This document shows, in pieces, positions 11,895-25,300 of a stretch of DNA of 64,000 bases (position 1 is its first letter; each line of letters begins with the position of its first letter). Below the pieces are notes generated by a model. That model saw only the letters and a list, made by a program, of their open reading frames with translations. It searched no databases and was not told where the DNA came from. The stretch is from the human T2T-CHM13v2.0 reference genome, Homo sapiens. A program made the position numbers and the translations under genes. Location: assembly GCF_009914755.1 (NCBI RefSeq), contig NC_060925.1, one strand, 5' to 3'.

Positions 11895-14800
11895 ATAAAG
11901 ACTAGACAGAATGATTCTCAGAAACTCCTTTGTGATGTGTGCGTTCAACTCACAGAGTTTAACCTTTCTGTTCATAGAGCAGTTAGGAAACACTCTGTTT
12001 GTAAAGTCTGCAAGTGGATATTCAGACCTCTTTGAGGCCTTCGTTGGAAACGGGATTTCTTCATATTATGCTAGACAGAAGAATTCTCAGTAACTTCCTT
12101 GTGTTGTGTGTATTCAACTCACAGAGTTGAAAGATCCTTTACACAGAGCAGACTAGAAACATTCTTTTTGTGGAATTTGCAAGTGGAGATTTCAGCCGCT
12201 TTGAGGTCAATGGTAGAATAGGAAATATCTTCCTATAGAAACTAGACAGAACGATTCTCAGAAACTCCTTTGTGATGTGTGCGTTCAACTCACAGAGTTT
12301 AACCTTTCTTTTCATAGAGCAGTTAGGAAACACTCTGTTTGTAAAGTCTGCAAGTGGATATTCAGACCTCTTTGAGGCTTTCGTTGGAAACGGGATTTCT
12401 TCCTATTCTGCTAGACAGAAGAATTCTCAGTAACTTCCTTGTGTTGTGTGTATTCAACTCACAGAGTTGAACGATCCTTTACACAGAGCAGACTTGAAAC
12501 ACTCTTTTTGTGAAATTTGCAAGTGGAGATTTCAGCCGCTTTGAGGTCAATAGTAGAAAAGGAAATATCTTCGTAGAAAAACTAGACAGAATGATTCTCA
12601 GAAACTCCTTTGTGATGTGTGTGTTCAACTCACAGAGTTTAACCTTTCTTTTCATAGAGCAGTTAGTAAACACTCTGTTTATAAAGTCTGCAAGTGGATA
12701 TTTAGACCCCTTTGAGGCCTTCGTTGGAAACGGGATTTCTTCATATTATGCTAGACAGAAGAATTCTCAGTAACTTCCTTGTGTTGTGTGTATTCAACTG
12801 ACAGAGTTGAACTTTCATTTAGAGAGAGCAGATTTGAAACACTGTTTTTGTGGAATTTGCAAGTGGAGATTTCAAGCGCTTTGGGGCCAAAGGCAGAAAA
12901 GGAAATATCTTCGTATAAAAACTAGACAGAATCATTCTCAGAAACTGCTGCGTGATGTGTGCGTTCAACTCTCAGAGTTTAACTTTTCTTTTCATTCAGC
13001 GGTTTGGAAACACTCTGTTTGTAAAGTCTGCACGTGGATATTTTGACCACTTAGAGGCCTTCGTTGGAAACGGGTTTTTTTCATGTAAGGCTAGACAGAA
13101 GAATTCCCAGTAACTTCCTTGTGTTGTGTGCATTCAACTCACAGAGTTGAACGTTCCCTTAGACAGAGCAGATTTGAAACACTCTATTTGTGCAATTTGC
13201 AAGTGTAGATTTCAGGCGCTTTAAGGTCAACGGCAGAAAAGGAAATATCTTCGTTTCAAAACTAGACAGAATCATTCCCACAAACTGCGTTGTGATGTGT
13301 TCGTTCAACTCACAGAGTTTAACCTTTCTGTTCATAGAGCAGTTAGGAAACACTCTGTTTGTAAAGTCTGTAAGTGGATATTCTGACATCTTGTGGCCTT
13401 CGTTGGAAACGGGATTTCTTCATATTCTGCTAGACAGAAGAATTCTCAGTAACTTCCTTGTGTTGTGTGTATTCAACTCACAGAGTTGAACGATCCTTTA
13501 CACAGAGCAGACTTGAAACACTCTTTTTGTGGAATTTGCAAGTGGAGATTTCAGCCGCTTTGAGGTCAATGGTAGAAAAGGAAACTATCTTCATATAAAG
13601 ACTAGACAGAATGATTCTCAGAAAATCTTTTGTGATGTGTGCGTTCAACTCACAGAGTTTAACTTTTCTTCTCATAGAGCAGTTAGGAAACACTCTGTTT
13701 GTAAAGTCTGCAAGTGGATATTCAGACCTCTTTGAGGCCTTCGTTGGAAACGGGATTTCTTCATATTATGCTAGACAGAATAATTCTCAGTAACTTCCTT
13801 GTGTTGTGTGTATTCAACTCACAGAGTTGAAGGATCCTTTACAGAGAGCAGGCTTGAAACACTCTTTTTGTCGAATTTGCAAGTGGAGATTTCAGCCGCT
13901 TTGAGGTCAATGGTAGAATAGGAAATATCTTCTTATAGAAACTAGACAAAATGATTCTCATGAACTCCTTTGTGATGTGTGCGTTCAACTCACAGAGTTT
14001 AACCTTTCTTTTCATAGAGCAGTTAGGAAACACTCTGTTTGTAAAGTCTGCAAGTGGATATTCAGACCTCCTTGAGGCCTTCGTTGGAAACGGGATTTCT
14101 TCATATTCTGCTAGACAGAAGAATTCTCAGTAACTTCCTTGTGTTGTGTTTATTCAACTCACAGAGTTGAATGATCCTTTACACAGAGCAGACTTGAAAC
14201 ACTCTTTTTGTGGAATTTGCAAGTGGAGATTTCAGCCGCTTTGAGGTCAATGGTAGAAAAGTAAATATCTTCGTATAAAGACTAGACAGAATGATTCTCA
14301 GAAACTCCTTTGTGATGTGTGTGTTCAACTCACACAGTTTAACCTTTCTTTTCATAGAGCAGTTAGTAAACACTCTGTTTATAAAGTCTGCAAGTGGATA
14401 TTCAGACCCCTTTGAGGCCTTCGTTGGAAACGGGATTTCTTCATATTATGCTAGACAGAAGAATTCTCAGTAACTTCCTTGTGTTGTGTGTATTCAACTG
14501 ACAGAGTTGAACTTTCATTTAGAGAGAGCAGATTTGAAACACTGTTTTTGTGGAATTTGCAAGTGGAGATTTCAAGCGCTTTGGGGCCAAAGGCAGAAAA
14601 GGAAATATCTTCGTATAAAAACTAGACAGAATCATTCTCAGAAACTGCTGCGTGGTGTGTGCGTTCAACTCTCAGAGTTTAACTTTTCTTTTCATTCAGC
14701 GGTTTGGAAACACTCTGTTTGTAAAGTCTGCACGTGGATATTTTGACCACTTAGAGGCCTTCGTTGGAAACGGGTTTTCTTCATGTAAGGCTAGACAGAA

Positions 14801-16345
14801 GAATTCCCAGTAACTTCCTTGTGTTGTGTGCATTCAACTCACAGAGTTGAACGTTCCCTTAGACAGAGCAGATTTGAAACACTCTATTTGTGCAATTTGC
14901 AAGTGTAGATTTCAAGCGCTTTAAGGTCAATGGCAGAAAAGGAAATATCTTCGTTTCAAAACTAGACAGAATCATTCCCACAAACTGCGTTGTGATGTGT
15001 TCGTTCAACTCACAGAGTTTAACCTTTCTGTTCATAGAGCAGTTAGGAAACACTGTGTAAAGTCTGTAAGTGGATATTCTGATATCTTGTGGCCTTCGTT
15101 GGAAACGGGATTTCTTCATATTCTGCTAGACAGAAGAATTCTCAGTAACTTCCTTGTGTTGTGTGTATTCAACTCACAGAGTTGAACGATCCTTTACACA
15201 GAGCAGACTTGAAACACTCTTTTTGTGGAATTTGCAAGTGGAGATTTCAGCCGCTTTGATGTCAATGGTAGAAAAGGAAATATCTTCGTATAAAGACTAG
15301 ACAGAATGATTCTCAGAAACTCTTTTGTGATGTGTGCCTTCAACTCACAGAGTTTAACCTTTCTGTTCATAGAGCAGTTAGGAAACACTCTGTTTGTAAA
15401 GTCTGCAAGTGGATATTCAGACCTCCTTGAGACCTTCGTTGGAAACGGGATTTCTTCATATTCTGCTAGACAGAAGAATTCTCAGTAACTTCCTTGTGTT
15501 GTGTGTATTCAACTCTCAGAGTTGTACGATCCTTTACACAGAGCAGACTTGAAACACTCTTTTTGTGGAATTTGCAAGTGGAGATTTCAGCCGCTTTGAG
15601 GTCAATGGTAGAAAAGGAAATATCTTCGTATAAAGACTAGACAGAATGATTCTCAGAAACTCCTTTGTGATGTGTGCGTTCAACTAACAGAGTTTAACCT
15701 TTCTGTTCATAGAGCAGTTAGGAAACACTCTGTTTGTAAAGTCTGCAAGTGGATATTCAGACCTCCTAGAGGCCTTCGTTGGAAACGGGATTTCTTCATA
15801 TTCTGCTAGACAGAAGAATTCTCAGTAACTTCCTTGTGTTGTGTGTATTCAACGCACAGAGTTGAACGATCCTTTACACAGAGCAGACTTGAAACACTCT
15901 TTTTGTGGAATTTGCAAGTGGAGATTTCAGCCGCTTTGAGGTCAATGGTAGAAAAGGAAACTATCTTCATATAAAGACTAGACAGAATGATTCTCAGAAA
16001 ATCTTTTATGATGTGTGCGTTCAACTCACAGAGTTTAACTTTTTTTCTCATAGAGCAGTTAGGAAACACTCTGTTTGTAAAGTCTGCAAGTGGATATTCA
16101 GACCTCTTTGAGGCCTTCGTTGGAAACGGGATTTCTTCATATTATGCTAGACAGAATAATTCTCAGTAACTTCCTTGTGTTGTGTGTATTCAACTCTCAG
16201 AGTTGAAGGATCCTTTACAGAGAGCAGGCTTGAAACACTCTTTTTGTCGAATTTGCAAGTGGAGATTTCAGCCGCTTTGAGGTCAATGGTAGAATAGGAA
16301 ATATCTTCTTATAGAAACTAGACAGAATGATTCTCATAAACTCCT
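11895..16345 (+). repeat. Near-identical direct copy of 1-~4450 (offset 11,894 bp)
   Basis: ORF pairs 17/11911, 892/12786, 2592/14486 and 4093/15987 all differ by 11,894. Shared rare variants include the net 4 bp deletion (3160/15054), ttgaaagatc, ggctttcg, caggcgc, gacaaaatg and gttgtacgat. Confidence 0.9.
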
Positions 16346-19300
16346 TTGTGATGTGTGCGTTCAACTCACAGAGTTTAACCTTTCTTTTCATAGAGCAGTT
16401 AGGAAACACTCTGTTTGTAAAGTCTGCAAGTGGATATTCAGACCTCCTTGAGGCCTTCGTTGGAAACGGGATTTCTTCATATTCTGCTAGACAGAAGAAT
16501 TCTCAGTAACTTCCTTGTGTTGTGTGTATTCAACTCACAGAGTTGAATGATCCTTTACACAGAGCAGACTTGAAACACTCTTTTTGTGGAATTTGCAAGT
16601 GGAGATTTCAGCCGCTTTGAAGTCAATGGTAGAAAAGAAAATATCTTCGTATAAAGACTAGACAGAATGATTCTCAGAAACTCCTTTGTGATGTGTGCGT
16701 TCAACTCACAGAGTTTAACCTTTCTGTTCATAGAGCAGTTAGGAAACACTCTGTTTGTAAAGTCTGCAAGTGGATATTCAGACCTCCTTGAGGCCTTCGT
16801 TGGAAACGGGATTTCTTCATATTCTGCTAGACAGAAGAATTCTCAGTAACTTCCTTGTGTTGTCTGTATTCAACTCACAGAGTTGAACGATCCTTTACAC
16901 AGAGCAGACTTGAAACACTCTTTTTGTGGAATTTGCAAGTGGAGATTTCAGCCGCTTTGAGGTCAATAGTAGAAAAGGAAATATCTTCGTATAAAGACTA
17001 GACAGAATGATTCTCATAAACTCCTTTGTGATGCGTGCGTTCAACTCACAGAGTTTAACGTTTCTTTTCATAGAGCAGTTAGGAAAAACTCTGTTTGTAA
17101 AGTCTGCAAGTGGATATTCAGACCTCTTTGAGGCCTTCGTTGGAAACGGGATTTCTTCATATTATGCTAGACAGAATAATTCTCAGTAACTTCCTTGTGT
17201 TGTGTGTATTCAACTCACAGAGTTGAACGATCCTTTACACAGAGCAGACTTGAAACACTCTTTTTGTGGAATTTGCAAGTGGAGATTTCAGCCGCTTTGA
17301 GGTCAATGGTAGAATAGGAAACTATCTTCATATAAAGACTAGACAGAATGATTCTCAGAAAATCTTTTGTGATGTGTGCGTTCAACTCACAGAGTTTAAC
17401 TATTCTTCTCATAGAGCAGTTAGGAAACACTCTGTTTGTAAAGTCTGCAAGTGGATATTCAGACCTCTTTGAGGCCTTCGTTGGAAACGGGATTTCTTCA
17501 TATTATGCTAGACAGAATAATTCTCAGTAACTTCCTTGTGTTGTGTGTATTCAACTCAAAGAGTTGAAGTATCCTTTACAGAGAGCAGGCTTGAAACACT
17601 CTTTTTGTCGAATTTGCAAGTGGAGATTTCAGCTGCTTTGAGGTCAATGGTAGAATAGGAAATATCTTCTTATAGAAACTAGACAGAATGATTCTCAGAA
17701 ACTCCTTTGTGATGTGTGCGTTCAACTCACAGAGTTTAACCTTTCTTTTCATAGAGCAGTTAGGAAACACTCTGTTTGTAGAGTCTGCAAGTGGATATTC
17801 AGACCTCCTTGAGGCCTTCGTTGGAAACGGGATTTCTTCATATTCTGGTAGACAGAAGAATTCTCAGTAACTTCCTTGTGTTGTGTTTATTCAACTCACA
17901 GAGTTGAATGATCCCTTACACAGAGCAGACTTGAAACACTCTTTTTGTGGAATTTGCAAGTGGAGATTTCAGCCGCTTTGAGGTCAATGGTAGAAAAGTA
18001 AATATCTTCGTATAAAGACTAGACAGAATGATTCTCAGAAACTCCTTTGTGATGTGTGCGTTCAACTCACAGAGTTTAACCTTTCTGTTCATAGAGCTGT
18101 TAGGAAACACTCTGTTTGTAAAGTCTGCAAGTGGATATTCAGACCTCCTTGAGGCCTTCGTTGGAAACGGGATTTCTTCATATTCTGCTAGACAGAAGAA
18201 TTCTCAGTAACTTCCTTGTGTTGTGTGTATTCAACTCACAGAGTTGAACGATCCTTTACACAGAGCAGACTTGAAACACTCTTTTTGTGGAATTTGCAAG
18301 TGGAGATTTCAGCCGCTTTGAGGTCAATGGTAGAAAAGGAAATATCTTCGTATAAAGACTAGACAGAATGATTCTCAGAAACTCCTTTGTGATGTGTGCG
18401 TTCAACTCACAGAGTTTAACTTTTCTTTTCATAGAGCAGTTAGGAAACACTCGGTTTGTAAAGTCTGCAAGTGGATATTCAGACCTCTTTGAGGCCTTCG
18501 TTGGAAACGGGATTTCTTCGTATTATGCTAGACAGAAGAATTCTCAGTAATTTCCTTGTGTTGTGTGTATTCAACTCACAGAGTTGAACGATCCTTTACA
18601 CAGAGCAGACTTGAAACATTCTTTTTGTGGAATTTGCAAGTGGAGATTTCAGCCGCTTTGAGGTCAATGGTAGAATAGGAAATATCTTCCTATAGAAACT
18701 AGACAGAACGATTCTCAGAAACTCCTTTGTGATGTGTGCGTTCAACTCACAGAGTTTAACCTTTCTTTTCATAGAGCAGTTAGGAAACACTCTGTTTGTA
18801 AAGTCTGCAAGTGGATATTCAGACCTCTTTGAGGCCTTCGTTGGAAACGGGATTTCTTCATATTCTGCTAGACAGAAGAATTCTCAGCAACTTCCTTGTG
18901 TTGTGTGTATTCAACTCACAGAGTTGAACGATCCTTTACACAGAGCAGACTTGAAACACTCTATTTGTAGAATTTGCAAGTGGAGATTTCAGCCGCTTTG
19001 AGGTCAATAGTAGAAAAGGAAATATCTTCGTAGAAAAACTAGACAGAATGATTCTCAGAAACTCCTTTGTGATGTGTGTGTTCAACTCACAGAGTTTAAC
19101 CTTTCTTTTCATAGAGCAGTTAGTAAACACTCTGTTTATAAAGTCTGCAAGTGGATATTCAGACCCCTTTGAGGCCTTCGTTGGAAACGGGATTTCTTCA
19201 TATTATGCTAGACAGAAGAATTCTCAGTAACTTCCTTGTGTTGTGTGTATTCAACTGACAGAGTTGAACTTTCATTTAGAGAGAGCAGATTTGAAACACT

Positions 19301-22300
19301 CTTTTTGTGGAATTTGCAAGTGGAGATTTCAAGCGCTTTGGGGCCAAAGGCAGAAAAGGAAATATCTTCGTATAAAAACTAGACAGAATCATTCTCAGAA
19401 ACTGCTGCGTGATGTGTGCGTTCAACTCTCAGAGTTTAACTTTTCTTTTCATTCAGCGGTTTGGAAACACTCTGTTTGTAAAGTCTGCACGTGGAAATTT
19501 TGACCACTTAAAGGCCTTCGTTGGAAACGGGTTTTTTTCATGTAAGGCTAGACAGAAGAATTCCCAGTAACTTCCTTGTGTTGTGTGCATTCAACTCACA
19601 GAGTTGAACGTTCCCTTAGACAGAGCAGATTTGAAACACTCTATTTGTGCAATTTGCAAGTGTAGTTTTCAAGCTCTTTAAGGTCAACGGCAGAAAAGGG
19701 AATATCTTGGTTTCAAAACTAGACAGAATCATTCCCACAAACTGCGTTGTGATGTGTTCGTTCAACTCACAGAGTTTAACCTTTCTGTTCATAGAGCAGT
19801 TAGGAAACACTCTGTTTGTAAAGTCTGTAAGTGGATATTCAGACATCTTGTGGCCTTCGTTGGAAACGGGATTTCTTCATATTCTGCTAGACAGAAGAAT
19901 TCTCAGTAACTTCCTTGTGTTGTGTGTATTCAACTCACAGAGTTGAACGATCCTTTACACAGAGCAGACTTGAAACATTCTTTTTGTGGAATTTGCAAGT
20001 GGAGATTTCAGCCGCTTTGAGGTCAATGGTAGAATAGGAAATATGTTCCTATAGAAACTAGACAGAACGATTCTCAGAAACTCCTTTGTGATGTGTGCGT
20101 TCAACTCACAGAGTTTAACCTTTCTTTTCATAGAGCAGTTAGGAAACACTCTGTTTGTAAAGTCTGCAAGTGGATATTCAGACCTCTTTGAGGCCTTCGT
20201 TGGAAACGGGATTTCTTCATATTCTGCTAGACAGAAGAATTCTCAGTAACTTCCTTGTGTTGTGTGTATTCAACTCACAGAGTTGAACGATCCTTTACAC
20301 AGAGCAGACTTGAAACACTCTTTTTGTGGAATTTGCAAGTGGAGATTTCAGCCGCTTTGTGGTCAACGGTAGAAAAGGAAATATCTTCGTATAAAGACTA
20401 GACAGAATGATTCTCAGAAACTCCTTTGTGATGTGTGCGTTCAACTCACAGAGTTTAACCTTTCTGTTCATAGAGCTGTTAGGAAACACTCTGTTTGTAA
20501 AGTCTGCAAGTGGATATTCAGACCTCCTTGAGGCCTTCGTTGGAAACGGGATTTCTTCATATTTTGCTAGACAGAAGAATTCTCAGTAACTTCCTTGTGT
20601 TGTGTGTATTCAACTCACAGAGTTGAACGATCCTTTACACAGAGCAGACTTGAAACATTCTTTTTGTGGAATTTGCAAGTGGAGATTTCAGCCGCTTTGA
20701 GGTCAATGGTAGAATAGGAAATATCTTCCTATAGAAACTAGACAGAACGATTCTCAGAAACTCCTTTGTGATGTGTGCGTTCAACTCACAGAGTTTAACC
20801 TTTCTTTTCATAGAGCAGTTAGGAAACACTCTGTTTGTAAAGTCTGCAAGTGGATATTCAGACCCCTTTGAGGCCTTCGTTGGAAACGGGATTTCTTCAT
20901 ATTCTGCTAGACAGAAGAATTCTCAGTAACTTCCTTGTGTTGTGTGTATTCAACTCACAGAGTTGAACGATCCTTTACACAGAGCAGACTTGAAACACTC
21001 TTTTTGTGGAATTTGCAAGTGGAGATTTCAGCCGCTTTGAGGTCAATAGTAGAAAAGGAAATATCTTCGTAGAAAAACTAGACAGAATGATTCTCAGAAA
21101 CTCCTTTGTGATGTGTGTGTTCAACTCACAGAGTTTAACCTTTCTTTTCATAGAGCAGTTAGGAAACACTCTGTTTGTAAAGTCTGCAAGTGGATATTCA
21201 GACCTCGTTGAGGCCTTCGTTGGAAACGGGATTTCTTCATATTCTGCTAGACAGAAGAATTCTCAGTAACTTCCTTGTGTTGTGTTTATTCAACTCACAG
21301 AGTTGAATGATCCTTTACACACAGCAGACTTGAAACACTCTTTTTGTGGAATTTGCAAGTGGAGATTTCAGCCGCTTTGTGGTCAATGGTAGAAAAGGAA
21401 ATATCTTCGTATAAAGACTAGACAGAATGATTCTCAGAAACTCCTTTGTGATGTGTGCGTTCAACTCACAGAGTTTAACCTTTCTGTTCATAGAGGTGTT
21501 AGGAAACACTCTGTTTGTAAAGTCTGCAAGTGGATATTCAGACCTCCTTGAGGCCTTCGTTGGAAACGGGATTTCTTCATATTCTGCTAGACAGAAGAAT
21601 TCTCAGTAACTTCCTTGTGTTGTGTGTATTCAACTCACAGAGTTGAACGATCCTTTACACAGAGCAGACTTGAAACACTCTTTTTGTGGAATTTGCAAGT
21701 GGAGATTTCAGCCGCTTTGAGGTCAATGGTAGAAAAGGAAATATCTTCGTATAAAGACTAGACAGAATGATTCTCAGAAACTCCTTTGTGATGTGTGCGT
21801 TCAACTCACAGCGTTTAACTTTTCTTTTCATAGAGCAGTTAGGAAACACTCTGTTTGTAAAGTCTGCAAGTGGATATTCAGACCTCTTTGAGGCCTTCGT
21901 TGGAAACGGGATTTCTTCATATTATGCTAGACAGAAGAATTCTCAGTAACTTCCTTGTGTTGTGTGTATTCAACTCACAGAGTTGAACGATCCTTTACAC
22001 AGAGCAGACTAGAAACATTCTTTTTGTGGAATTTGCAAGTGGAGATTTCAGACGCTTTGAGGTCAATGGTAGAATAGGAAATATCTTCCTATAGAAACTA
22101 GACAGAACGATTCTCAGAAACTCCTTTGTGATGTGTGCGTTCAACTCATAGAGTTTAACCTTTCTTTTCATAGAGCAGTTAGGAAACACTCTGTTTGTAA
22201 AGTCTGTAAGTGGATATTCAGACCTCTTTGAGGCCTTCGTTGGAAACGGGATTTCTTCATATTCTGCTAGACAGAAGAATTCTCAGTAACTTTCTTGTGT

Positions 22301-25300
22301 TGTGTGTATTCAACTCACAGAGTTGAACGATCCTTTACACAGAGCAGACTTGAAACACTCTATTTGTAGAATTTGCAAGTGGAGATTTCAGCCGCTTTGA
22401 GGTCAGTAGTAGAAAAGGAAATATCTTCGTGGAAAAACTAGACAGAATGATTCTCAGAAACTCCTTTGTGATGTGTGTGTTCAACTCACAGAGTTTAACC
22501 TTTCTTTTCATAGAGCAGTTAGTAAACACTCTGTTTATAAAGTCTGCAAGTGGATATTCAGACCCCTTTGAGGCCTTCGTTGGAAACGGGATTTCTTCAT
22601 ATTATGCTAGACAGAAGAATTCTCAGTAACTTCCTTGTGTTGTGTGTATTCAACTGACAGAGTTGAACTTTCATTTAGAGAGAGCAGATTTGAAACACTG
22701 TTTTTGTGGAATTTGCAAGTGGAGATTTCAAGCGCTTTGGGGCCAAAGGCAGAAAAGGAAATATCTTCGTATAAAAACTAGACAGAATCATTCTCAGAAA
22801 CTGCTGCGTGATGTGTGCGTTCAACTCTCAGAGTTTAACTTTTCTTTTCATTCAGCAGTTTGGAAACACTCTGTTTGTAAAGTCTGCACGTGGAAATTTT
22901 GACCACTTAGAGGCCTTCGTTGGAAACGGGTTTTTTTCATGTAAGGCTAGACAGAAGAATTCCCAGTAACTTCCTTGTGTTGTGTGCATTCAACTCACAG
23001 AGTTGAACGTTCCCTTAGACAGAGCAGATTTGAAACACTCTATTTGTGCAATTTGCAAGTGTAGTTTTCAAGCTCTTTTAGGTCAACGGCAGAAAAGGAA
23101 ATATCTTGGTTTCAAAACTAGACAGAATCATTCCCACAAACTGCGTTGTGATGTGTTCGTTCAACTCACAGAGTTTAACCTTTCTGTTCATAGAGCAGTT
23201 AGGAAACACTCTGTTTGTAAAGTCTGTAAGTGGATATTCTGACATCTTGTGGCCTTCGTTGGGAACGGGATTTCTTCATATTCTGCTAGACAGAAGAATT
23301 CTCAGTAACTTCCTTGTGTTGTGTGTATTCAACTCACAGAGTTGAACGATCCTTTACACAGAGCAGACTTGAAACATTCTTTTTGTGGAATTTGCAAGTG
23401 GAGATTTCAGCCGCTTTGAGGTCAATGGTAGAATAGGAAATATCTTCATATAGAAACTAGACAGAACGATTCTCAGAAACTCCTTTGTGATGTGTGCGTT
23501 CAACTCACAGAGTTTAACCTTTCTTTTCATAGAGCAGTTAGGAAACACTCTGTTTGTAAAGTCTGCAAGTGGATATTGAGACCTCTTTGAGGCCTTCGTT
23601 GGAAACGGGATTTCTTCATATTCTGCTAGACAGAAGAATTCTCAGTAACTTCCTTGTGTTGTGTGTATTCAACTCACAGAGTTGAACGATCCTTTACACA
23701 GAGCAGACTTGAAACACTCTTTTTGTGGAATTTGCAAGTGGAGATTTCAGCCGCTTTGAGGTCAATAGTAGAAAAGGAAATATCTTCGTAGAAAAACTAG
23801 ACAGAATGATTCTCAGAAACTCCTTTGTGATGTGTGTGTTCAACTCACAGAGTTTAACCTTTCTTTTCATAGAGCAGTTAGGAAACGCTCTGTTTGTAAA
23901 GTCTGCAAGTGGATATTCAGACCTCGTTGAGACCTTCGTTGGAAACGGGATTTCTTCATATTCTGCTAGACAGAAGAATTCTCAGTAACTTCCTTGTGTT
24001 GTGTTTATTCAACTCACAGAGTTGAATGATCCTTTACACAGAGCAGACTTGAAACACTCTTTTTGTGGAATTTGCAAGTGGAGATTTCAGCCGCTTTTTG
24101 GTCAATGGTAGAAAAGGAAATATCTTCGTATAAAGACTAGACAGAATGATTCTCAGAAACTCCTTTGTGATGTGTGCGTTCAACTCACAGAGTTTAACCT
24201 TTCTGTTCATAGAGCTGTTAGGAAACACTCTGTTTGTAAAGTCTGCAAGTGGATATTCAGACCTCCTTGAGGCCTTCGTTGGAAACGGGATTTCTTCATA
24301 TTCTGCTAGACAGAAGAATTCTCAGTAACTTCCTTGTGTTGTGTGTATTCAACTCACAGAGTTGAACGATCCTTTACACAGAGCAGACTTGAAACATTCT
24401 TTTTGTGGAATTTGCAAGTGGAGATTTCAGCCGCTTTGAGGTCAATGGTAGAATAGGAAATATCTTCCTATAGAAACTAGACAGAACGATTCTCAGAAAC
24501 TCCTTTGTGATGTGTGCGTTCAACTCACAGAGTTTAACCTTTCTTTTCATAGAGCAGTTAGGAAACACTCTGTTTGTAAAGTCTGCAAGTGGATATTCAG
24601 ACCTCTTTGAGGCCTTCGTTGGAAACGGGATTTCTTCATATTCTGCTAGACAGAAGAATTCTCAGTAACTTCCTTGTGTTGTGTGTATCAAACTCACAGA
24701 GTTGAACGATCCTTTACACAGAGCAGACTTGAAACACTCTTTTTGTGGAATTTGCAAGTGGAGATTTCAGCCGCTTTGAGGTCAATAGTAGAAAAGGAAA
24801 TATCTTCGTAGAAAAACTAGACAGAATGATTCTCAGAAACTCCTTTGTGATGTGTGTGTTCAACTCACAGAGTTTAACCTTTCTTTTCATAGAGCAGTTA
24901 GGAAACACTCTGTTTGTAAAGTCTGCAAGTGGATATTCAGACCTCGTTGAGGCCTTCGTTGGAAACGGGATTTCTTCATATTCTGCTAGACAGAAGAATT
25001 CTCAGTAACTTCCTTGTGTTGTGTTTATTCAACTCACAGAGTTGAATGATCCTTTACACAGAGCAGACTTGAAACACTCTTTTTGTGGAATTTGCAAGTG
25101 GAGATTTCAGCCGCTTTGTGGTCAATGGTAGAAAAGGAAATATCTTCGTATAAAGACTAGACAGAATGATTCTCAGAAACTCCTTTGTGATGTGTGCGTT
25201 CAACTCACAGAGTTTAACCTTTCTGTTCATAGAGCTGTTAGGAAACACTCTGTTTGTAAAGTCTGCAAGTGGATATTCAGACCTCCTTGAGGCCTTCGTT

